A stretch of 64,000 bases of DNA from Trichoplax sp. H2 (lineage: Eukaryota): contig NOWV01000022.1 of NCBI GenBank assembly GCA_003344405.1, forward strand, positions 186,001 through 250,000. Direction: 5' to 3'. Positions within the stretch are counted from its first letter, which is position 1; each line of letters starts with the position of its first letter. Below, piece after piece: positions 1 through 11,491 of this stretch. A program made the position numbers and the translations under genes. The notes beneath the pieces are model-generated. The model did no database searches. It was not told the DNA's origin and saw only the letters and a program-made list of their open reading frames with translations.

Positions 1-271
1 GTAATTAAATCGAAATATGATAATATTTAAATTAAAACATATTAAATTTAAAACGATACAATTAAGATGCTGTCAAATACGATAACAAATAAAATTTCTA
101 TTAGAGATATGGTTTTTGACTAATATTCGTGTATATCTAATAACCTCGATCACTCGAAATCTTTGTGCATACAATACGTCGCAAACTCTATGGTGTACTA
201 TCTCATAGTAATTTATGACTTCATTAACAGACTGTCCTATTGTCACATTTTGGTTTAACTTACTTTTAAAG

Positions 272-1934
272 GATACTGCTGGCGACGAACGTTATGAGTC
301 TATGGCGCCTCTTTACTATAGAAATTCATCTGCAGCAATTATCTGCTTCGGTAAATAATTATGTACTTTGTTATTTATACCGGTAAAATAGTGACATTAG
401 ATCTCATCAATGCATTTTAAAGTTTTTATTATACTTTTTACATGCGTGACAATGGTGACGTTGTTACTACACCTGTTTTGTTACTACGCTAAGTTGTTAT
501 AAACGTGGTCACTGAAGAGCAGCTTTTACCTACTCTTCGCGAAATTATTAATTTTGGAGAATACCAATATATTTGCAATATTTATTGAATTTAGTAAACA
601 TTTTAATATTACAACATTGAATTGACAAAACAATTTTTATTTTACAGATTTAGCAGATCGGCAGAGTTATAATAAAGTTGATTTCTGGGTTAAAGAACTG
701 GTGGAGAAGGTTGAGGTACGGGTTAACGTTTGTGTGTGTAGTCAGAGTTGTAATTGGTTACATTTACAATCACCGATATTTAGCAGGCTTAGCATACTAA
801 AATTGTAAAGAATTAATGCAAAATAAATAGCATCTCTCACAGAGCTATTATTAATTTCATTTAAGCAGAACTGCAAATTATACATCTGTGGGACAAAAAC
901 TGATTTATTGGCGGAATATGGAGGCCCCCTGAAACGTGCCGTTGGCCCAACTGAAGTTATGGCTTATACTAAAAGTGAGTGCAATATGAGATTTACTATA
1001 AACTAAACGAATTAATTGATTTGTGTTGCGAAAAACAAGATCTACTAAGCAATAATAGCACTCATGTAAAAATTTGATGAGACCTACAGTATTTCATTCT
1101 ACTGGTATTAACATTTCCGTATAATATATTATATGTATCATTTATTCCATATTATAATAATATTTATTTGTTTTTACGTTATCAAATGTACTGAGCTGTA
1201 TATTATTTTGCATAATATTGCCTAATTTTATTTCGATATTATTTCTTATTCAGAGCTTAACGCAAAATTTGTAGAAACGTCAAGCAAAAGTAACTACGGA
1301 ATTGGTATGTTTTGAAGATGTTATATCACTTACTACTTTAGTAATGCAACGTGCTACATGATTTATTGATTGATAAGCGAACTGGTGTGATACTTATAAG
1401 AATTGACTTAAATTTTACACTTGTTTATTCGTTGTTATTTTTTTTTATTTAGATGACCTATTTAAATTAGTTGCGGCAGATTTTGCAGGCTTTACTCTAT
1501 GTGAAGGTATGGAGAAACGGAATTTATTAAATAGGTTTTATTATGTATCACCATGGCTACTATAATAATTTGGGAGGAGAAAAATAGATTATCATTAATT
1601 TCGAGATATTGGTATTGCATTTATGCAAGTTTTATATAGTATGAAAGGAAATTGAATGGAATATTGCAAACTTTTGCTATAGATATACCAGTAGTAAAAC
1701 TTTTGTACAATTAATACCGTAATGTACTTGCTAAGAGTTAATCATAATTTATATTTTGATTTGGCTTGGGTATGTCATCTTTTAATTATAGCATGTACAT
1801 TATTAACCTATGTAATAAAACATAGCATAATTGTCTTTTTCATCTTTTCATTAGCTCCACCTATTGAAGATTCCTTACGTCTGCAAGAACCTAATCAAAC
1901 AGATGTTAATGAAAAGAGTTCCTGTTGTTTTTAG
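272..1934 (+). CDS. RAB24: Rab24-like small GTPase, 3' part (5' exons lie upstream of the window)
   Basis: GT-AG exons 272-350, 648-715, 869-974, 1254-1304, 1453-1506 and 1855-1934 join in frame: DTAGDERYESMAPLYYRNSSAAIICFDLADRQSYNKVDFWVKELVEKVENCKLYICGTKTDLL...KFVETSSKSNYGIDDLFKLVAADF...EKSSCCF*. The CGTKxD G4 box and non-Gln G3 box are Rab24 hallmarks. C-terminal CC is a prenylation motif. Confidence 0.88.
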
Positions 1935-4900
1935 ACACTTATTTATAGGATTCTTCATTACTAGCCTTCTAAATACTTTTCTTTACCAAATCTGCAACTA
2001 GAGTCTATGCAGTTTAATCACTAAAAAATCTTGTAAATTCAACGATTTATGTCAGCCAATCAAATCGTCAAAGAAAAATATTAAGAAAAGCACACCTTTG
2101 TGTATAATCGCAATTTTCCCAACTGAATATCTACACAGTATTTGTTAGTAATAGATAGTATGATATAAGAGTATAATATATTTATAGACACGCAAAAATC
2201 ATACTGAGAAAGTTGAAATAGCATAGGAACATATCACGTTGCATTATTAGATTTTATTATAAAATAGTACAGCTTCTTAGACGAATAGCGTATAGTGAAC
2301 GTTTAGTGTGGTTTATAATACTCATTTACTATTTCTGCGTTATGTTATAAATTGTCAAGATTTTATTTGGAGATTATTCTGATTTACTAGGGTGGTTACT
2401 GATACATTATGAATTAATTCTCTATGATTTAGCTTAGTTAACTTTAATTTTATAAAGTATAATTTAACTGTTCCTATTAATATAATTATAGATATTTCGT
2501 GTGAAATTTCTTTGCATACAATCATGTATTTATAATATATTGAGTATCGATCTTGAAATACAATCATGTAATATTTTAGTCACAAACAGTAGAAATATCG
2601 TATACACTCTGATTACCGCCATTTTTCTATAAAGAAGTACAGTATAAGAATTTAATCTATAAATAAAAAATGAAATTGCCAAATCATATCACCGCAAAGT
2701 CAGATAGACTGCTTGCTACATCATTTACCTGAGTTATTCAATGAAGTAAATTAATGTTCAATGCCTTCATTCTCACTTGCTGATGTTTTTACAATTGAAC
2801 ATGCCGATCCATTGCCGTTAAAAAATGGAATCAGGTGCGATGATAACAAACTCATAACATACAGCTTATAAAGTAAGTGATGTGAGAATGTTATACGTAT
2901 GCGTGGGTATTTCAATGATCAGCAATAATGTTTTAGCGATTGTAACTGTTAGTAGAATATTAATACTCAATTACTATGTTGAGTAGCATATTCCCGTAGG
3001 TGTTAATGAATTATTGTCGTGGTCATTCTTAAAAATGCTGACTGATCTATTTATTCATTAATTAAGAATAGCGCTACATAAAGGGATTATAGTATTTATA
3101 GAATAAGAATACAGAGTAATACTAAGTTGAACTGTAGCCATGGCTTTAGCTAGCCAAAGTAAAATTGTATGCGTTAATCAAAAAGTTATCCGTAGGATGA
3201 AAGGAGAACTATCAACAATATTAGTACAGAAACAAATATTATGCGATCAGCTTAATTAACAATAGCTATATAGATTTATGTGGTCGACCAAGGAAAAAGT
3301 ATAATTATTTTACATAATTTTCATGTATTACAATCTCGGTCGTAACATTAGATTTTCCTGGTTTCTTGCGCAATAAATTTGGCCGTTGGTGCTACGAATG
3401 AGAAATATTATTGCTAGGATTAAAATGCATTGGAAGTACTCGTATATAGGCAAAGGACACCCAGTAAAAATCGATCACTCAAGCTGTTTAACCTCTATGA
3501 TTTAACCCATTATCGGCGCTGGACTGGATTCCTGCCTAGGATTGTTTGATTTATTATGAATATTTCACGATTGGTATAGTTTCGGGAATGACTGACTACT
3601 GATATCGCGACTAGACAATATCTATCTTGAATTTTGTGAAATTTCTTTAATAGTGTTATATACTGAAATTTTTCTTTATGAATGTGCATCAGTAAACATA
3701 TATATAATAATTGTATATTTCGTTACGAATTCATGCCGTTATAAGTAAATACTTGTACATAAATCAATTACTACATGCTCTGATTTTCAAGTCAGTTAAA
3801 TTTTCTCTAATATATATCTAAAGTACCTACTTTTCTTCTTAAACTGCTATATTTAGACTAACTAGTGAAAATATTCGGTAATATAAGCTATCCATACTCG
3901 AAAAATTGTACTCCCTTAATAATTTGATTGTAAATAGGCCTATATAATAGATTACTATTCTATAGAGTAAACTTCGTACACTAGCTCCAATTACACAAAT
4001 AAGTAACATGTTTTTAAATATTAAATTTTGTTTTTATTTATTTCCGTCATATATCTTCGTATATAATTATCCCATGCGAGGATTAGCTCTAATTAATTGA
4101 AGTCTACTTTAGTTCCTGTTATATTTAATATTAGATTTATTATTACAATATGGCTAGTTACTATGAAAAACGGAAGGTGCTATAAATAATAAGCTAGAAA
4201 TTTTATTAAACAAGTAAATAAAGTAATGTTTATCTTTTTATTGAAGTTTCAAAATTTTATCACTCTAATAGCGTGAGAATAGTTACAATGGCAATCATAT
4301 ATTTGATATTCATCGAAAAACATTTCCTTGAAACTACCTAATTTCCCCAAAATTATAGAAAATTATTTTACGTTTTATGACCGATATCATCACGATCTAT
4401 TTTGCGAGTTTTAGGTTCTAAATTAAGAAGTCTATTATTTTTATTTTTATCAATCGATTCGATACCAATACTGAATTGTAATTTAGTATGAATCGTATGT
4501 GCTAATGACATAGTTCTATAGCTAATATATTTTTCTCATTGAAAGGGCAATATAACGAATGTAATCCAATTCCCAAATATGAAAATAAAATTTTAAGCTG
4601 AAATATTATTTGAAGACTTCTGTGTATTACACATTTCGCGTAATTCTTTGCGTAGGACGAAAGCGCTTTAAAGTCTAATAGTGCAAATATCAACCAATGC
4701 TTCGGTTATATTCAAAGTAAATCTTCTTCAATTGAACGTTATGGGAGTTTTGCAATGAGAGAGAAGATCATTCTTTTAGATTCTAGTTGAGAATAACGAC
4801 TGGTTGGATAAACTAACACAAGACAGGTCTAATTACTGTATGTTGCACATTTTTAAACTAGCATGTCTCATGAAATACACCGTGAGTAGGTTGAGTTCGA

Positions 4901-7900
4901 GATTAGCATTTATTAGATTTCCAGTCCCTTAAATAATAATCCATTTTCGTGTAAGGCTTAGGGAAGTGGACACCTTGCATGCACGATTAAAGTATGAATT
5001 ACTAAACATATGATATTATCACGTATTAATTTATTGACTATATAATGCACACCTACTAGCTATAGTAATAAATATATTCCCGTACTAAAATATGTAACTC
5101 CGTCTGATTGTAAATTAATTTTAAATTTAAATACCTCACAACATTTATAACACTATGCAATGAAGTGGCTACAAGTCTTATCATTTACTATGATAAGTGT
5201 ATCGATAAGAACGTGCTCTGGTTACAAATAGTCAGCTTTAGGAACTAGCTATGAGGCTGACATTACACCAGCTAAAGACTTGATACTTGCTCTAATATAA
5301 GAAGAAGTCATCTTCTGTTTCCCAATACACTTTCCAACATCAGATGTAGACATTAATCGTAATTCAGTTTTAAACATTACTATTGATTAATAATTGGTAT
5401 GCTATCTTTTCTTTCATTAAAATGATCAAATACCGGTGTCTGAGTTTGATAATCAGGTATCAGTATGTAAGTTGAATTACTATATAGGTGTAGGTACATT
5501 AATAAGCTTCAACGTTTTACAAAATTAAGTTTATATATTTAGTTTAATTGTGTCATAAAGTATCTTTAAAATAATAAACAAGAACTCCATTTTCTTGAAA
5601 ACTCTACTTCATTACATAAATCAAGTTCGTCTTACAACGGCCAAGGACAATCTGGCAGCAATCAGGCCATTTATCTTTATAATTTTAATCTTAAGCTAAT
5701 TTGGATCTGCAATGAATATTGATTTTAATAATTATTATGATTTTGACACTAAATTATAGAATATAAAATGCTATGCGACATTGTAATCTACTATAAGTAC
5801 ATCAAAATAAAGATAGTATTTAGTATTTTATTATCTCTAGGACATAGAAGTATCGTAACGACAATTATCATATAATTTATGTCAAAGAAATTAGAGTTTG
5901 CCGATCAATAAATTATGAAATATTAAGTCATACAATGATATAACTATAATAAATGAATATTAACGTCAGATTGACGTCAAACAGCTAAGATAATAGATAA
6001 TATAGAATAATAATTTTAAAACGAAATTTCGCTTAGTGTAGGTGTGGCTAAAATGTAGATTAAAAGTTATTTCTATTCAGGTTTTAGTAAGAGCATTATA
6101 CTGCTATTCGCGATATGTTGAAGTAGATACACCATTAGTCTGATCATAGCGTCAATCTTTTTATCTATAGATTACATTGTAACTAAAAGATACTGCTTTT
6201 GTATTATTTTTTATTTAAAAATGAAGTGGAATTCTCATCTGATCTATAGTTACTCTGTCTTCAGTCTTACAACTAATAAAAGAATGTAACAATTTATGAG
6301 AATTTCTCAGTCATTCCGGTGAATAATGGATCGCTATTGTCACTGAATAGAATACTAAGAAAAATCAATCCATTAGGAATTGCGTTTACGACTCGGTGGA
6401 AATGTTGATAATGATTAAAATGATTTATTCAATAACTATTCGTAAATCGTATAGTTATGTGTTTGTACAGTATTTTATGTTAATTATCGTAAGTTTCGGA
6501 TAGATTATGTAATTAATAAATCGCTCTTTAATTTATTTAAACAACCGCAATTTATAATTAATAATAATCAAAGAGAATATACAGCAGCAGTTTATTGGAA
6601 TTAACTCACTGATCAATCTTTCTGTCTTGGCATCAATTAAATATTTACCGTTATTTTTAAATTATTAATTAAGCTTGATCATCGAAAAATACTTTTCTGA
6701 ATGCTCCATATAAAATATATTGTTATAAACTTTGCTATTTTCTCATAAATTATAATTTTTTAATTTACTGAATGCATATATGATATGGTGGCTATAGAAC
6801 ACACTGAAATACTATTTTAGAATAATAATTATAGATAATGAAATATTTAAATTAATAAGTTACATTCTTTGACTCGGCCAGTCAGCATGATCCAGTTTGC
6901 CCTGCATTTAGCTGAGCTATTTAGCCTAGTATTTCATTCAAATAAACCTAGAGACATATGATCTTGAACGAAATAGCTTTCTAGTAATATTGTTTAATTA
7001 TATATTATACGTTTATGAATTAGTTTTACGTATATCAACGTTGCAAATAAGGCTATGCAGACAGTATTCTCTCTTTAGTCGAGAATAGTATCCTTATGTT
7101 TATATAGCTAGTGGTAATATAAAATAGTACATTCTAGAGTCTTTATTATAACTGATTTCTCAAATTGATAGGGTGAAGTAGCTATAACAATATTCTACGA
7201 TCGTGATTTTAATAGATACAACTGAGAGCTGATTGTTGTAAATGGAGTATTTCAGGCATTAAATAAATTTACTCCAAGATTTATATAGATTTATATATTA
7301 TCTTTTGCGCCAATCTATACATCTTTTTGTAATTATAAATGGATATCATATTCATAGCGTGACGCTGCCCTAAGACGTTCTCATGGCTTTGTATTTTCGC
7401 ACTAATTTGAGATTCTTTAATTTTTGTTATATTACTACTTATGGCTTTCTAGATTGATAGGCATCTACAATAGATGGTCAAAAATTTCAATTTAGTAATA
7501 CTGATAATGATTTAATAACTTTAACAGATACTTATTATACTATTGGAGTTATAGCGACCGTTACTTGTATGTATAAATATTTATTTATTATTCTAAGTCG
7601 TTATCTTAATAGTTTTTTTATATATCGGCAATATCCTGTTACGATAATTTATTTAAGGCCTGTCTAAGATAATGTTGGAATGAAATTTCTAAATTTTAGC
7701 TATTAAATGGCAGGACACTACAGATTTGAATTAATTGCGTATATTCAAATGATGAATTTTATTGCACTAGCACCTCCGAAATGTTCCACATGTCTGCAAT
7801 ATCTATATCAATTACCAGTAAGTAAATGGTATTAGTATTGTAGAATATGTCCTACAAAAGTATTTGCTCGAAGAGTCCAGGATTGATTCTGTAAAAAAAT

Positions 7901-10900
7901 GCATATACTATCATTTAGAATGATTTAATTTTGACAAATTATACGACGTGCAACTAATTTGATTGGTTTTGATATATCCTGGTACTTAGATAGAATACTA
8001 AAATGAAGATTTCCGCTAATAACTTTGTATTCTAACTGCATAATCGTCGCTTTGTATCACGCCTAATTATAACTGGTATCTTTCAGCATTCATTACCTTC
8101 AAAGCATTCTATCGCTAGATTATTCAAATATCAAATTGCTATTATTGTAACTACAATATATTTTCACAAGAAAGACCTATTACTCGTTCTAATGCTTTGT
8201 ATTCTAGTTTAAAAATGAAGAATGGTGCTTTGATAAAGAAAATTGCCTTACTGACACTGGTATTTCTTAATAACTGAGTGGATAAGTTTAAATATTACAT
8301 AATTCAATCTCCTTATGGCGTCAGCGATCATAAATTAAAGTATAGAGAAAATACGTCTCATATTTATAGGTGTATACTGTATAGTTCAACTATCGACTAC
8401 GATAACTCACTATATCGTCTAAATTCATGGTATTCTTATACTATATCACTAAGATATAATCTCAATCTGAATGTATTGAGCAGCATAGAAAGATACAATA
8501 ACTCATTTAATCTAATGTAAGGTTTACAGTATTCAACACCAGGCCACCATTATAGTTGACTATAAGAGTAAGTGCATTTCGTCTTAAGTTTATATAATAC
8601 GGAATGCTTTAATCGTTTGAAAGGACATAGTCGAGATTGATACTGTAATTCATACCTATTGATGACATGATAAGATATGGTGGTAGTATTACTGCTCTTT
8701 CTCATCAATATACGCGTATAATAGCATTTCAATTTATCGGAATAGTAACTTATAAAGGATGCTTTAATGGAAGTTTACAATATAACTATTATTATCTACA
8801 ATCGACTATGAAATAGTATGGCGTCTAAAGATTTTCCTAGTTTCCAATTAGCTATTATAGTAAAGTTCATAATTTATCATATCGCCTATTATCAATTTAT
8901 TAACAATTTGATGAGATGACGACAATTTTTTTCCTTTAATTATATATTTTATAAATTTTGATGTTATTCTATTTTATTAAGAATGTAGACTAATTGAGAT
9001 AAAATAGTTATAAGCCAGCGTCATTGAATTTTTGATTGATTAATGTAGCTTAATTTAAGTAATTTAGCTAGATGTGAGCAAATGGTAGATGATTCTTTAC
9101 TAGGGCCTCATCAACAATAACATCAATTATATTATAAACGCTAGTCTAAATGGCACTAGAAGAACATGGAAAGAACTCTGTTTAATCAGGCTAATTTTAA
9201 TGAACCTGTGAAATATTGAAATTTTTATGGAAAAGGATTGATCATTATTTCAATAAGACGAAGAATAGGTTGATACTGACATGAAAATCGCTAAGTTGAT
9301 ATCGTACCGTAGTTGACTTAGCTATACAGTATACCCAGTATGGGGCCCTATATACTATACAATTATAATCATTTATGCACATTTAGAACTAGATAAATAT
9401 TCTATTTCTATTACGATACAATGCAATATCGAAGTTTGTAAGATAAATTTATTGCTGGTGAAGGAAAAACTTTGTAGTATTACCTTGAAGCTATAATTAT
9501 CATGAACTATTATTTATAGTCGTCATAAGTGATAGCATTAGCTACGACAGCTCTGAAGAAAGAGTTCATTTTCATTCTCAAGGAATAATAATCATCTTGC
9601 TAAAGATTGGCAATTTTACTATACGCGTATTATTATTTTACTGTATTGCTTTTTTTCTATCATCAATTTCTTTGACTTGAATAGAAATTAGAATTTATTT
9701 TTATCGAATCGTTAAATCATGTTTGAATGATAATATGTTGTTATTCTTTTTTTTATTGAAGTTACATCTTTTAAGGAGGTCAAGTAGACACAAAAGAGCG
9801 GTATTTTAATGAACTATCAATCTACAGGCGAGCCTATTATTCAGTAATTTTTATTTGATTATTCTGTCCAATTGATTTATCACTGTAGGCTGATGTTTTT
9901 ATTCCATATTTAATTTAGCATCATCGGATAGATCTATCTATATACAATGTTAATTAAATAGAGAACAATATATCAGTAGGAAGAAGAATAGATGGGAGAT
10001 CTTTTCTTCGTCAATTGTATAGAATTGAATAAAGTAAGAACGTATAAGACGTTAGTTGTTCCCTCAAACCATTTGACAGTATTCAAGCTACTATTGTTCA
10101 TCAATTTTGCTATGGATTACTATTGAATGTTTTCCTGTTATCATGTATTTTTTCCTTCCTTGCTCTCTTTTTCTCTATCGCCTTTGCCGTTATTAATTTA
10201 ATTTTTTTTTTAATGTCCCTGCTAAGACAGCTTAAGCACTTTTTCTATCGATATTGTCTGCCTTTTAGCGTTGAACTATGCTAGCGCTGTTATCAGAATA
10301 TGTATTGGCTTGATAATTTTTATTTTTAAAAGCTATCAAAGAGAATAAAGAGGATTATTGCTGAAATTTTTAAGATCCTTGCATTCCCCACCCCCTCCTA
10401 TCTGATATTTCTTGTTGTTAAAATCAGTCTATCGTCGATGATGTAGATAGTATCACTGAAAATAGGCTTGCTTTGTTATCTTTATGACTTGTCAGTTTAA
10501 CGAGGTTTATTTTTGTATGATTAATTAGTTGACCATGAGACATTGCAATATCATCATTTTAAGCTATCACAATTGCATATTATAATTTATTCAGGACATC
10601 AAACACACATCGAATTATTAATTAGGCTATGATAGAAGGTAAATTGATATTACACTCGACAAGACTTTGCTTTTCTAGGTAGTTTAATGAAGAAGATCTT
10701 GATTTTTGATCTGTGCTATTTCTCCACAACTATAATCTATCCTCATAATTTAATTTTCGACACAAGTTGCATTGTCTGCTATGCCTGCAAACTTGACATG
10801 TTTTGCAGTTTACGGCATCTTCTTGATTCTTATCCTTGTCCTACCTTTTTTCCCTCCCTTATAATACGTATACTGTACCGTACTGTATGTGTAGCGTATA

Positions 10901-11040
10901 TTGTTCTGTGAATAAACAATGATTAGCTTACGTAGAGCATTATATTGATGATTGGAGATAGAGTAGGATAGAGAGATTTTAGAGGAGGGAGTTTCTCCTA
11001 CCAGCAGCATCCATGCAATTTTGGCTGAGTTGAGGCCATT

Positions 11041-11071
11041 TTGTCGAGGATTGGAAACCAATCCTCGACAA
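11041..11071. repeat. Perfect inverted repeat: 14-bp stem, 3-nt loop
   Basis: TTGTCGAGGATTGG-AAA-CCAATCCTCGACAA read directly from the sequence. Confidence 0.97.
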
Positions 11072-11099
11072 GCCGCCATCCTCCATACTGCGACATGCG

Positions 11100-11491
11100 A
11101 TAGTAATAATAATAATTAATAAATAAATATACAACGAATAGGGCTACTGTTTCGGTACGTTTAGTCCAATCCAGTCTAGTAAAGGCAAGTTCCTGTCCTA
11201 GGTCCAGTTGTTGTCGATACAGCGGTACGTACCATGGAGAGCTGACGCATCGTCGTGTTCACCGTCATAGGTTGTACGTTTTACCTTACATCAGCGCAGT
11301 CTTGACGTCAGTCGTTCCACGTCAGTGATTCGATATGTCGTACAGTACAGTACGACAAGACAGTAGTACAGTACAGTATACTGTAATCATGAGACAAAAG
11401 CGCTCAACTCTGGCGGTCATTTCTGAATGTACAGGACTGTACCGCGAAACCATATACAGTAATAGCGCACATTACCGCAGTATCATTCGTA
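11100..11491. promoter_or_regulatory. Putative (bidirectional) promoter
   Basis: Locally GC/CpG-rich. Contains CRE TGACGTCA (11303-11310), further ACGTCA/TGACGC half-sites, an E2F-like CCGCGAAA (~11442), TACAG repeats (11341-11385) and ACTCTGGCGGT (11407-11417). Flanked by outward-facing splice donors: GTAAGT at 11492 (+) and GTAAGC at 10931 (-). Confidence 0.5.

Noticed and set aside
3328..3475. Minus-strand frame with a hydrophobic, signal-peptide-like stretch (CILILAIIFLIRSTNG)
   Set aside because: No ATG or clear acceptor, and it is bounded by stops. Expected by chance.
5973..5980. Isolated CRE palindromes TGACGTCA (also at 25711)
   Set aside because: Single 8-mers without other promoter features.
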